64,000 bases of DNA, taken from assembly GCF_023055435.1 (NCBI RefSeq), contig NW_025963857.1, forward strand, positions 29,016,001 to 29,080,000, in the 5' to 3' direction. The notes below the pieces were generated by a model, which was not told where the DNA came from, made no database searches, and saw only the letters and a list, made by a program, of their open reading frames with translations. This document shows, in pieces, positions 13,000-26,500 of this stretch (the stretch's first letter is position 1; each line of letters opens with the position of its first letter). Both the position numbers and the translations under genes were made by a program. Source of the stretch: Haliotis rufescens. Lineage: Eukaryota.

Positions 13000-13880
13000 T
13001 GTCATAATGCACATGGGATCACAAATACAAACAAGATTTTGGCAATGATCTGGTATAATAGAGGTAAAAACTCCAACCTGCCACTCTGTTTGATCCCCTG
13101 TTTCAAGTGTATTAACCTAATTAGCAGCAAAGGTAAAATTAGTCTTGTTTGCAGATAGTGCACTTTCCTGTGTTCTCGTCTTTTCTGAGAGCTTCTTGTC
13201 CAAACAAGGGGGCACGCGCTTTTCTGGTCTCTTTATTCACAACGTCCACTAGACTGTCAAAATTCACACCTGTCTCCCTCTCCCCCAAGGTCTGTATAAG
13301 ACCCCTGAACTTCTGATATTGACTTGGAGGGTAGTTTTCCAACTATTCTGTTAATATTCTCAGAGAAGTTCTCTAACTTAAGGCATTCTTTGTATAGCAT
13401 TCCGACATTCACACAGGAAAATTGAGAAATCATCAAGTGCCAACTCACACTGAAACATATGTCTTCATGGTCACCTTTCGATTGCATAAATACTTCATTT
13501 GTGAATGGCCAGACTCTGTGTAAACTTTCTACCTAAGTGTAATCATCTTCACCACACAGAGAATCTTTATGTTCTTCTACCAGCTTGAACTACAACCATG
13601 TACATATAGATTGTCTTCTTTCGCATCCGTGCCGTACTGAAGGCCTTTCTCTGCCCCCTTTCTTATCCTAGCCTCTGCTCGACCATCAGTACTCGTGAAA
13701 TCATCATCATCTCTCCTAGGTTTTCTTTCATCATTACTCATGTTTGGGTACAATTGCTATATGTGTTCTTCTTAGCAGATAAAATAGCCAGCTCCATCAA
13801 CAAGCAAACTGTAGACTGTAATTGTATCTTCTCATCATACCCTAAATCATCATACATTTGTCATTATGCACATGAGATCA
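13000..13880 (-). mobile_element. BEL/Pao-like LTR retrotransposon gag relic (partial copies also at 27920-28430 and 61640-62120)
   Basis: Broken frames give FSIFLCECRNA..ENINRIVGKLP..NFDSLVDVVNKETRKARAPLFG, resembling BEL/Pao gag. Confidence 0.55.
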
Positions 13881-14591
13881 AAGTTCAGTTCAGAGTCTAT
13901 GTTACAGTTGTAAGAGTCATACTTGTTATAGATTGACTGCAGTAAATTATATTATGATGTAATACTATCACAATATTAATGTATTAAACTTCACCAAAAA
14001 TATACATTTTTTGACAAAGCCTACCTTTGTTAGATACAATCGACCTGAAACATGTCAATCAACTCACATAACTAAGATTTCGATTAAAAAACCTTTAATT
14101 GTTAAGTAAATAAGTTTGAAAAGCCCTCACAAAGAACGTGTTGCGACATCTGCTTTTAGACCTCGCGCAAAGCGAGCGAATTTTGAATGCATCAAACAGC
14201 TGAGAAAACCATGTAAAATACAGACTAAATACTAAGATACAGATTAAATACTCTACAACCCCAATATAAACACCAGCACCACTGCAGACACTGTTCACAT
14301 GCGGATTTAAGGCGTCACTAGCACGGAAGATATTCAACAGTAGCGTTACGATGTTTTCCAAAGAGAAACTTGTACATTTCACACAGCACACTTATTTCAA
14401 CATTCACACTTATTTCAACATTTACATGTATTTCAACAAAGCCACGACTTGAACATGAAGTACAATTGACGTCATGTCGACTATCATTTCAATCTCGCAA
14501 ATCTATGAGTGTTTTTCAAGAATGATTCGGTGTTTGGAAGAATGATTACGAAAACAAAAGATTCAGGTTATTTTTCAACAGAGAATTAGCG

Positions 14592-14685
14592 TTTTACCTT
14601 TACATACAGCTTCATGCACGACCACCGGGTCAAACAACGTCTGTCTGTCTGGTTGACGCCTCCCACACTGATGATCACGTGACAC
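14592..14685 (-). promoter_or_regulatory. Distal cassette of copy A
   Basis: Intact donor AAG|GTAAAA (14597), TCACGTGA 14675-14682, ETS site lost. Confidence 0.5.
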
Positions 14686-15549
14686 GATATTCAGATAAGC
14701 TGTGAGATGTCATCAGACACATTAGCAATGTCCCGTTTTTTACCACCAGATATTCATTTCCTGCTGAAATATATATACTACTGTACAACTTTGAAAGGAC
14801 TTGTGACCAAACATCTGCAATTCAAACATGTGTCAAAGAACACAATAATTGGCAAACAAAACTTTTAGCTTTTAAAACTTCTCATATGAACACAACACGC
14901 GCGCGCTTCCCTGAAAACTACCTTTTCAGTTATAAGTGTTAATTTAGACGACTGTTAACATTAACCATATACTCCGATGTATGTCTTTGGAATAACGTTA
15001 TGGTAAAAATATCTGAACATGAAAAATACAAATCGAACTTGAAATACAATTGTGCCAACAATCACAAACAATACATGGGATATTTCTTAACGTTCACACG
15101 TTTCTTAAGTCAGATGGTTGTCTGTTAACTTCTTAGTGGTGTCCATTTGTGATGGCAAATCGTCTGATTAAATTATCGGTTCAATACGATATTCTCCAAA
15201 GGAACCTTTATTCGGACATGGTATGCCGATTATGTATTTCTGTTACTTTTAATGTAAAGGATCTGTTAACTGTAACTCTGACAGTCAAACTATTCATATT
15301 CCATTCCATATGTGAGCATAATAAAAGACCATATTATGTTGACCACAATTACCATTACTATTTTAATACCCCATATTCCAGTTGGTATTTCGGTACAGGT
15401 GGTTATTACAANNNNNNNNNNNNNNNNNNNNNNNNNNNNNNNNNNNNNNNNNNNNNNNNNNNNNNNNNNNNNNNNNNNNNNNNNNNNNNNNNNNNNNNNN
15501 NNNNNNNNNNNNNNNNNNNNNNNNNNNNNNNNNNNNNNNNNNNNNNNNG

Positions 15550-16310
15550 GGGAAGGAGTTATTGACCATCTCGTGGAAGGTGAGACCTATACGTAGTTAG
15601 GGATCCAGATTAGGGAAAAACTCCAGAATGCCCATGTCAAGGAAAAACTTCGGGCAGAGTACAAATGCAGACTGCTGTGCCCGTCCTTTCGTATTCTTTT
15701 GGTGTTGTTGATTGGACGAAACAAGGAATTCAGGGTATTGAGGTCCACCCATGGTACGATCCGGAATATGTAGAGGGCGTCATGGAAAATGATAAATACA
15801 AAATTCTTTGGAATATGCCTGTATATAGCCTCAGACGTATCCAGGCCAACAAAAAACCTGATCTTGTCTTTTTTTTAAATAAATCCAATGAAATCATTTA
15901 TATCTTTGAATTTTCTGTCCCCTTTGACACTAATGTGATTGACAAGATTGAGGAAAAACATGGCAAATATGCTTTCGAAATGTCACGCTTCCCAAGTACC
16001 ATGTTGTCCGACTCCCCATTGTTCTCGGTGAGTTAGGTTTGGTACCTCCCAATCTGTTGACTGACATTGGGAGAGTACACGGATTCGCTACCAGGAATAC
16101 AGCCCTTCTGATAATCTGGGTAATGCAGAAGGCTGCAGTGTTAGGGAGTCTTCCTGGGAGAAGTCCCATTCGCTGTCTGGGCTGCGTGTAGAGGGGGCAA
16201 GGGCCCTGGGCTGATGTTGAGCCTAACCAGTCTGACTGTGCCAACATCACCCAAAAACTTTTTGCTGCATTTTTTATTTTAATCTGTAAATAATAATAAC
16301 AATAACAATG
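15550..16310 (+). mobile_element. R4/Dong-like non-LTR retrotransposon 3' fragment (RT end + restriction-like endonuclease)
   Basis: AVPVLSYSFGVVDWTK, ENDKYKILWN..KPDLV..IFEFSVPFDTNVIDKIEEKHGKY, MQKAAVLGS; ends at (TAA/CAA)n ~16291. Confidence 0.75.
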
Positions 16311-17179
16311 ACATTTTTACAGCACTGAAACTCATAGAACTTAGATATATGCTCAAAGCGCTAGCAGCATGTATATATACATAGATACAAGAGTCTGTAT
16401 AAATGTTACTGATAAGCAGTCAGCATTTTTTATGGATAAAAATAGTTAGATTGTGCACAGGTTTCGTCATGTTGCCTCTATGCATAACAACAAGACATGA
16501 AGGGAGATCAGTTATCATTCATATCACAATGTAGGTATTGTCGCACTAAATCAAATAAGGGCATTGTCATCAAAATTTCATCCAAACGACTCGTCAGGCT
16601 ACAACCCCCAATTCCTTTTCACCAGATGGCCCATACCACAGCTAAAACAGGCTGTTTATATGACCAATATATCAGTTGATGTTATTTAAAATTATACAAT
16701 CATATAAATACTATACATGTTTTAAACGCCAGTGTTGATGTTGAAGAGAGACCATGGGAGTATCGCTCAGTCAGGAACTAACTCCATCCTCACTGTGAGT
16801 CCTACATGTTGAACTATCTGTGAATTTGGATGGGGCATACGCATGATTCAAACTATGTTCTACTTACTTAGATCTAGAGAAGGCCACCTTCACCACAACA
16901 GTCGGACAATCAAGACTCAAAGATTACAGTTCACATGATATGAACACAGCTGGATATTATGGACTGGCGCACTTCAGATTACATCTGTAGAAGCTGATTC
17001 TCCATAGCCACGAGTGATATAGTGTGTTGGTGGTGGTAAATGTTATGCAAAGGTCAATTCTAAACCATATTGTTATGAGCAAGACCAATAAAAAATCACG
17101 ATCGACTCGCGATACATGGAAATCTAAGCTAAACCGCGAACAAAGGAACAATTATAATTAAAGTTATTGTAAATTTAAA

Positions 17180-18381
17180 TAAACTGGGCTGCAAAAGGAA
17201 ATATAGGTCGAGTTCCATGATCGATAACAAAAATAACAAGAAGAGGTTTTTTTTGTTAATTATAATGTAACCTAGGGAGGGGTAACAAATGATTGATCAA
17301 CCACAGTTTGAATGAAATTGTGCAATCAAAGGTAATGTAAGCTCAAGGTAAACAATGGTGGGGTAAGAAATTTCATTTTCCAAAGTTGTCTGAAATATCA
17401 CAAAAAAATTGTCAGACACACTACAAGTTCATTTTCGACACAGTTGCCTTCAATAGCGTGTATGACCTCCAGCTGCCTCAAGGCATGCTGTGATACGCCG
17501 CCTCATCGATGACGTCAGTCTTCTGATGACGTGGACTGGAATCCGTTGACACTCGTCTCTCAGGGCCTGCTCCAATTCTTGTCTGTTGACGGGAGGCTGA
17601 TGGCGTGCTCAACTCTGTCTGTCAAGATGGTCCCACAGTTGTTCAATGGGATTCATATCGGGTGAATGGGCAGGCCAGGGCAAAACGTCAACGTTCTGTT
17701 GGTTTGGGGAGTTCCGAGTCAGTCTTTGCAGTATTGGGCCTGGCATTGTCGTGTTGAAACAATGCACCCTGCTGTTGGTTTTGTCAGAACGAAATGCACA
17801 ACAGGCTGCAACATTTGGTCTCTCTACACTGCACAGCGTTCAGGTTTCCCTGTATAATCACAAAAATCAGTCTTCTGGTCTCCACAAATACCGCCCCACA
17901 CCATGACACCTCCCCCGCCGAATGGATGGACCTCTCGAATACACGCCGAAGCCAAACGTTCCCCTCTTCGTCGATAAACTCGTTCTCTGTCTTAAACCGA
18001 CTTTCATCACTAAACAGCACTCGACGCCAATTTCTCAATTACCAGCGTCGAACCTGCCTCGCCCATCGCAGTCTCAGGCGTCGATGTTGAGCAGTCAGTA
18101 CCATTCCAGCAGCACGAAGTCGTCGTAGTACTGTACGTTGGCTGATGGGATGTCCCAACACTGTTGCTGCCATCGCCGTCGCCGTTACGAATCTGTTTCG
18201 CAGGTGAATGAGCCGTATCTGACCGTCTTCCAGTGGTGTTGTCACTCGGGGTCGTTCGGTTCTAGGCCTGTCCTATGTTCTTTTCTGTCTGCCTGTACCG
18301 TTGAATTAACCTGGCTACTGTCAATGGTGTACAACCAAACCTTCTGGCAAATTGGACGTGTGTTGACCCCATTTCGGCCAT

Positions 18382-18445
<64 letters not shown>

Positions 18446-18737
18446 CTCTCTCTCTGACAGTCGTGACATTTCTTTTGTGTGCTTTCACCACGTGTGGTTA
18501 TACCCACGCATTTATACAGCTAACATGCACGTGCAGTTTATGCCATAGGCGAGAAACCTGTTTCACCATTTTTGTGTCAGCGCACGAGCCCCGTCAAAGG
18601 TGGCGCGTTCGGGTGAGGTGTTTTTGGGTACCTGTTCCTTGGCAGTCATTTTCCCAATACCCACTTTTCACTAGTTATCGCTGTTTTTAGGAAAATTACA
18701 AATTGCCAACCTATACTTTCTTTTGCCGCTTAGTTCA
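17180..18737 (-). mobile_element. Degenerate Tc1-like transposon with imperfect ~29-bp TIRs
   Basis: WRRVLFSDESRF and WPAHSPDMNPIEQLWD motifs in shifting frames; TIRs 17180-17208 and 18709-18737; (CT)n near the transposase start. Confidence 0.85.
18383..18455 (+). repeat. (CT)n microsatellite
   Basis: Direct observation. Confidence 0.95.
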
Positions 18738-18898
18738 CATACCAATAATATAACGAAAAGTAGATTCCATTGCAAACAACGGTGCATGATGCCTAATTCA
18801 AACTTGACCCATAAGCTTGTGCATCGAGGTTAAGTTGGTCTTTTTCATATATTTGAAACCCTTTACATAAGCATGTGAATCATTGACAAAATGTATGG

Positions 18899-19030
18899 GA
18901 CCGTCTCCGTAGTCTAGCAGTCTAGTGGTAGAGCGTCCGCTCTGAGAGCGGATGGTCGGGGGTTCGATCCACGGCCGCGTCATACTAAAACATGTCAAAA
19001 TATGGTACTTGTCTGTCGCTTGGCAGATTT
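18899..19030 (+). mobile_element. SINE family 2, 5' part
   Basis: tRNA-like head plus gtcatactaaaa..atggtacttg. Confidence 0.7.
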
Positions 19031-19139
19031 GTGTTAGGTAGGAAAATACATTTATACGAGGAACCGTGGAACACTTGGTGAATGTAGTCATCACAGTTAT
19101 CGGTACATAGGAAAAGTGAAAGGTGAAGGTCAGCTCCCA

Positions 19140-19800
19140 TCAATAAAGCGTATGTTCCCCGTTGGAATCGATAGCGGCCTGACATCTCCTGCCCATGGAA
19201 GAGACGAGTATGCGAATCACGTCCTTTGGAATGGTAGCCCACTCGGCCTGCAACGCAAAAGCCAACTGCTGCAACGTCTAGGGGTTGTGGCTGACGTCGG
19301 CGTAGCCGTCTATCCAATTTATCCCACAGGTGCTCTGTCGGGTTCAAATCCGGGGATCTGGGTGTCCAAGGGAGAACATCAAGGTTCTTGATGTGTAGAC
19401 AAGCTCTTGTAGTCCGTGCTGTATGCGATCGAGCGTTGTCCTTCTGGAATACACCGTTGCCTTTGGGAAGACGTGTGGTAGGAGAAATTCGTTGATGTAT
19501 CGTTGAACCGTAATATGGATCAAACCTGTCCGGCGATGATGAGAGATATCCGCCCACATCATAACGCTAACCCCACAAAACCTGTCCAATTCCTGTACGC
19601 AATTTCCAGTGTAACGTTCTCCCCGACGTCTGTAGACCAGTGCTCTTCCATACCTTCGATGGAGGAGAAATCTTGATTCGTCCCTGAACCAGACATCTCC
19701 CCATCGCAGGTGAGGACATACCCTGTGTTGACGACTCCACTGCAGTCGTTGATCGGGATTCCCCTGCCTGAAAGCGGCCGATGACGTTGTTTTTTGCACT
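19140..19800 (-). mobile_element. Tc1-like transposase fragment
   Basis: WFRDESRF, QKDNARSH, PRSPDLNPTEHLWD motifs, frameshifted. Confidence 0.85.
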
Positions 19801-21779
19801 TCTTGTTAATATTGGCATGTTGTTGAACTGTCACTGATCGAATGACGCAACATTCAAGGCCTTAGTAAAGTTTCAAAATGTTTCACTATCGACATGTGGA
19901 TGCTATTTCAGTGACAAAAAAATGCCTGATGCAATTCCCGATTTTGACATATGTTATCAGGTGAATAATTGACATGTCTTCGTATGTGTTTGTGACGGGT
20001 GACACCGGTGGGGCAGGATACGCTCACCTTTTCACAAACACCTGGTATCAGCACTATTTAATAGTGATTAATAAACACATACTTATCGTACAATGGATAC
20101 AATTTTGCCGTTCTTATTACAACGCCTGATTATAATGCCGCCTGTCTACTGTCAACTGTCATGTGGATATCAACATCGACAGAGACAGAGGATCATTTGA
20201 ATGACTTTTTTATGCCTTAGTTAGGTTGACGTTTCATAAAGTTATTTTGAAAAGTAATCACACAAGCACTGCAACAATAGCCGTGAACTAAAATTGATAC
20301 ATACATGGGGGTTTACGGGGAGACCCGTGTTAGTGATAATCATGTCTGACACACCCGTGGAAATTCCAACGTAAAATAGGTCCCAGGTGTACTCGTAACT
20401 GATTAAATGGTGATTGGTTGTTGATAATTTTGTGCAACGTTTCACCGACTACGTATATCGTAGCTCATGATATTAACCCCACGTTTGCTTGGTTCAGATT
20501 CGAATTTCTACAGACTTTGTTATAGTTGCTTTGTGAAACTCGATCACACCTTTATGTTCAAACTAAGTTCCATAACAGTGAAGGGATTCGATAATGGAAT
20601 TGACTTACATGACATTTTGCTGAAAATATTTTTTTAGATGGAATTTTCAGAATACTCCTTTTGCTCAAGTAGAGGATATTTACTTGACGCTGATGACCCT
20701 GTGCTAGCTGACAATGCAGGTAATTGAGATTCAAGTATATGTGTTGCTGGTCTTTGTTTAACACAATGGATGTGATTAATAATAACTATACATATACTGG
20801 GATACATGTTACGTTCATGTTAATGCAGCAAAATGAAAATAATTAATGTCCAGAAAGGCGAAAGGCGAATTTTAAGCCCATGATAAAACTTACATCAAAT
20901 ATCATACATGTTTTAAAGCCACCCTAAAGTGATAAGTCTACTGTCCTGCTCTGAGTGAGATAGTAGGAGTACTGTCTGCAATCCACCCGGGTAGAGAATA
21001 TGTCTTCAGCAAGCCGTGCTTGCTGTTAAAGGCGACGACGTCAGGCTCGCTGACTTGTTTGATGCATATCATCGTATCCGAACTGCGTAGAGTGATGCTC
21101 ATGATGTTAATCACTGGATTTTCTGGTCCGGGTTCGATTATGTACAGACCGACGTCATATATAGCTGGAATTTTGCGTGCGGCGTTAAACAACAAACAAA
21201 TTAAACAAAAATGGCTACAAACCTACTGTGAATCCTGGCTTTTGTACCTATTTATTCAGTTGGTGTGGAATATACATGATTCTAACTACCTTTTACTTAC
21301 GTTCTACTATATGACCTATATATTAAAATAGCAAGCAGAAGGACTAGATAATGCCTCCTCATTAGTGACAGTCGTATAACAATGACAATCATATGAGATA
21401 TAATTGTAGTTACTCACCTAACAGTAATTCGTTATCTGTATTTATCAATATCGTGTGTCTCCGTTGGCTTCAAGACACGTCCGCACACGACGTCATGCAG
21501 AGCTCTTCAGACGTCGGTTACCAGTACTTCATCCGTGTTAAGCTTCGTCAGTTTGCAGGAGGATAGGTCGTGTTCTAATCTAATGGTCAAGGTAGTCCCA
21601 GCGGTGTTCAAGTGGCGACACGTCAAGGACGCGAGCTGACCAAGGCAAAACGTTGAATTGACGTTATTGAATAGCAGATGGTGGTGTTTGTGATCTTGTG
21701 CTGCCATGTTGAACAATATCCGTGTGTTTATATTAGTTGTAGGAAGGGACCCAATGTCTCACGCTTCATGTAATGTTGT

Positions 21780-22230
21780 GCTGTGAGATTAGCATTGAAC
21801 ACAGCAAATTGAGACTTTTTCACACAAATCCAAGCTAAAAATCTTGCCGCTGCCACTACACTGAGCCATGAATTCTTCCCGATGAAGATACAGATGTGCT
21901 CTACCATTCTGCTCTGAAAATCTGGAACCAGCTCTGCCCAGACACAAAATTACTTCCTGCTCTGTCATCGTTGTGCAGAGCGCACACACGTCTTTGACGT
22001 CGATTATTACGTGTCAACAATGACCACCATTAAAGTCGATAAGCCACAGTGACGCGGACGCCTGGATACCGTGAAACAGCTGATATGTCGTCGGGCAGTT
22101 CATGCTGATGACGTCACAGCCAAACGTTGATTCCTCAAATGAAACATAGGCTAACAGGGCTAGGTCATTTGGTGTAGTGACACGTGGTCGGTCTGTCCTT
22201 GGTCTGTCGGCCCTGTCTGTCATTATCGTG
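21780..22230 (-). mobile_element. Highly decayed Tc1-like fragment
   Basis: DRPRTDRPRVTT N-terminal motif and SRF..QNGRAHLY segment. Confidence 0.45.
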
Positions 22231-23274
22231 ACAGACAGCTGGTATCATATCCACTATACCATAACCATACGTTTATGAATCTCCATCAAATAGTGATGAT
22301 CCTAGGTGTCCGCGAAAAGTACAGCAAATCCTGCTCCACCAGAGGCATCCGACAAATTGTTTACAAAATACAGAAACTGAACGACAAAACCATCACTGAC
22401 TGATCCAGTGTGTTAGCAACATCAAGATGTCCAGCATTTGGATTACCATCATTGCAGCTACATGTACACATGCATGATTGCGTAGTTTATGGTATCACTG
22501 TGTGTGGCTAACCAGAAGGCTCCAGGGTACTCTTAAGTCATCGTCACAACACATGACGTCACACTGCAATGTTCTTGTATATATCTACCATTCATTCAAT
22601 GCGACTCTTGCTATTGACGACTCATAATGGAATGGTTTATGCTATAAATGCAATGAGATTATTCGTTAGTATGAGAGAAGGAAAAAGCTCAATAGCATGC
22701 AAATGTGTGTCCGAGTTTGGTACGATTCTATGTATGACATTGTATATATTGTTACATGCAATCAGCACTTTATTGATTTCTCAGTTTTTGCAACTCAAAT
22801 CGAAATTATCTTTGTAGTTGTATAACAAGTAGCACTTGCCATTTCTGTATTTGATATTGCGAATATCAAACTGGTCCAGTGAATGGATGTAGAATATTTG
22901 TTTCGTTTCAAATAACATCAGAATGAATCTTCGATATCAAAGCTTTATACCATAAGCTCAGTTAATGAACAAGAAAGGGGATGAAACGTTCATCATTTAT
23001 TACGGATAAAAAACATTGTCTAATGCCTGAGAGAAGTAACCTTTTTTTAATTGTCTGTGACTGAGTGACTTGGACGAAACGCCGGTTTTAGAAAGTAAAA
23101 TGTGCCGTTTGATGTCCATGTCCGGACAATGTAATGTCATAGGGGACACTAAATCACATAATGCAGCAACAACGTGTCATCACCTCTTCGCATTTTTGTT
23201 TCAGTTAGATAGTAGATACATGATACACATGTAACTGAAATACTTTTCCAAGTGTCTTTACACCATCCACGCCA

Positions 23275-23510
23275 ACTACATGTACGTTATAGCGGAGGCG
23301 GTCTCTAAATAATCGATTCAGGACCAGACAATCCAGTGATTGACATCATGAGCATCGATACACGCAATTGGGATTTGATGACATGAATCAACCAAGTCAG
23401 CGAGCCTGACCACCCGATCCCGTTAGTGGCCAGTTACGACAAGCATAGTCGAATTTTATGGCAAGCATGGGCTGCTGAAGACTTATTCTTACCCGGATCT
23501 GCACGGGTCC
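23275..23510 (-). mobile_element. SINE family 4 (Nin/Deu-like core); other copies ~20985-21200, 42180-42390, 55745-55945, 59385-59570
   Basis: Shared cccatgcttg..gtcgtaa..actaacgggatcgggtggtcaggctcgctgacttgg..atcactggattgtctggtcc. Confidence 0.75.
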
Positions 23511-24366
23511 TCCAGCTACGTGAAATGATTTTGTACACACATTTGTTACATTACTGTTTAACCATGTGTGATCAGATATGATTCGCATTCAGTGGTACCA
23601 ACTGAAAAGGTTACACATACACTATTCATACAAAAGATATAGGGTATACAACATACAGAAACTCGATGAGATGTTGTTATGTAAGGTTGTGTACCCAACA
23701 GATACAGTCGCCTAGTAAATGGCCTGACAATTATATTGTCATATTAATTCATATATTTGTTATATATCTAGTGAAATCTATGTTTCATTTGAGTTAAATA
23801 ACACTTTATGCCGAAACTACATTTTAGTCTGCCTGCAGACTAAGGACGATAAGACTATATAATATAACGAATAACAATTGTATCTCATGTTGTGACCCTT
23901 TGCGCCGCGCATTACTATTTTTATTACATGTACATTACACAACAATGTAGAAATTGTAGAAACATACTTGACTCCATGTGCAAATAGATATGCTGACAAT
24001 CACACACTATAGTTCACAACAAAGCCAGGCTAAAGTCATCGATAATACCATTTTGTTGTGAAAATAATTGTTGACTGATCAGACGAAAGACATAAACTAT
24101 GATTCACAACAGACTAATTTTACAAATGCAATGATGGATTATTAAGCGCTTTGTGCTAACTTGATGATCGTAATTTCAGGAAACTGTGTATAACATATGT
24201 GCATTTCCATCGTTGCTAATGGGAAAATTAAGCTGAATAGTTATGAAGACCCTATTCTCGTTACATTTCACATGTAGCGGTTATGAGATCAGTTCTCATT
24301 ATTTCAGTCTTGTACACATGATCCACACACAGACTGTTCATCAAAGTAATTTTCATATTGATGAAT

Positions 24367-26500
24367 TCAATGTTTTTCAAAACCGTATACTCTTACGTAG
24401 CGACTGTTATTTACATACAACACACTGTCATCATCCAGACAGATACTGTGGGGATAATGCATGCCATCCTTTTGTGTGAGGACATCTCTGACAAACTGCC
24501 CCGACTTTGTCAGTTGAATCAACCTGTGCGTGTCTCTGTCCACAGGAAGGATGTCTCCTGTCCTGATTGTTGTGATACCTTGCGGGCATGTTAGAGCTCT
24601 GTCTCCTGTGGGAGTGTAGGTGAAAACAGTTTTGCCTTCACTGGTCACTGATACAATTGATTTTACTGTTGCTTCACTAACTACTAACTTGTTTTCTCCA
24701 GAAACATGTATTTCATGTGGGTTCCTTATCACACCTGTCGAGATAGATTTAAGTATATTCCCTTTCATATCCAGCACGTCAACAGAGGCACGACCATCGT
24801 AACCACCTGCCAGGAGTTGTGAAGGGTTCAGGAAGGCTAAACCACCATATTTCCTCCTTGTTCTAACAGTTGAGTGTAATGTAGGTTCTGGGTCAAAGTT
24901 GATGAAAGCTATTTGTTGTGTGTCTGGCAGAGTAACAGCTGCCCGAGCTCCACCCACCTTAGCTATTCGCATTGGCTGAGAAGGAAGCTGGAGACATGTA
25001 TTGAAGGATGTTTTGTTTGGAACGTAACATGTGCTGAGTTGACAATGTAAATAATCTATCACAGTAATTACCTTGATACCATGAACTGTCAACACAACAA
25101 CATCACGCAAATCATAAAACATGTCTCCAGATCTACAGTCAATTTCGTGCATGAGAACAGGAGAAGACGTCCGGTCACTTAGACCTCCAACAGTATTGAC
25201 CTCCCCCAGCTGCACCTCATCCACAGATCTCCTCAGTTTATCTGTGTCATGTGTGAAGACGATAGTGGATGGTATTGGTCTCTTGTCCTCACTTGTGTCC
25301 TTATCTCTGGATGCTACAGCCACAGTCTCATATATATCATACATGTCTGCTACACAGTGTGACGTCACGGCTTTGTGTATGAACCCATGCCGCTGCTGAT
25401 GCATCTGGAGGTCAATCTCCTGGGACTTTCTGTGGGCTTTCAATTCTTGTACACGTGTCTCAGTGAGTTGGTCGATACGATCTCAGCAGTTTCTTTTTTT
25501 TCTCAGGAGAACGTCTACAGCTACCATACGTTCTTTCTGAACTTGGTCTTTCATCACTTGTGCGTTTATCAATAGGTTTTTAATTTCCGAGTTTGTTGAT
25601 GAAATGTTATCATTGTAAGTTTTAATCTTCTTCTCTTGGTTTCTAGTTTCATTGATCAATGTTTCTGTTACAAGAGGCTTCATGGCATCTATGGTTTCAA
25701 CATCATCACACTTCCTGTGTTTGATACTGCAGTATACAGTACAAATTGCCATCCTGCAATCTTTACAAAACAGTTTTATCTTCTCATCCTTGTGCATTCT
25801 GCACATAAAGCGCTGTACCTTTGGTTTCTCGTTACTATGGATACGTAAGTCAATCACTTCACGTAACCGTGGCATCTTCTTGTGTAACTGGAGACACCCA
25901 TCACAAAAGACATCGTCACAAATGGTGCACCACGTTTTACCTGGAGTTGTCTCCCCATCTTCTTTGCACACGCTACATGTATCTAAACATAAAGCACAGC
26001 ATGTTACAAAAAATACAATTTCTAGAAAACACACTTACATACCACAACTTTTAATACATACTGTATATTTAAGGGCCATACGTGTTAGGTGTATAAATGT
26101 CAATATAAACCAGCTCACTTCGAACTCAATCCTTCTCACTTTAATAAATTTAAAAACTGCATTTCCAATACCTTTGTGTGCAAGACATGAAAACGTTTCA
26201 AATTTCCCTACCTGACGATTCCCCCAAATCGTCCATCAGCCCCTGTATCACGTGACTTGGTTTCAGTTGACTGACCCACTTCTCTACTGGACTGTCAGGG
26301 TTGGCCACCTTCGTCAGATGTCTAAAGGAGGGACATGGAATAGACTTGGCTTGAATTGCTCTAGGCTGTGTTTTGGTGTATTTCAGCAAACAGGACTTAC
26401 AGAAAGTGTGATTACACTGAAGTGTGGCAGGGTCTGTGAACACTTCTGTACAGATGACACAGGTCAGATGGTTGTCCGTCAATTTCTTTGCGGTGGCCAT
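24367..26500 (-). pseudogene. TRIM-NHL copy B, disabled; exons 26500..26212 and 25982..24367
   Basis: Same exon structure as A/C, but last RING Cys to Phe (CPSF), B-box2 Cys to Tyr (CTVYC), and a -1/+1 indel pair leaving an in-frame TGA at 25485-25483. Confidence 0.85.
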
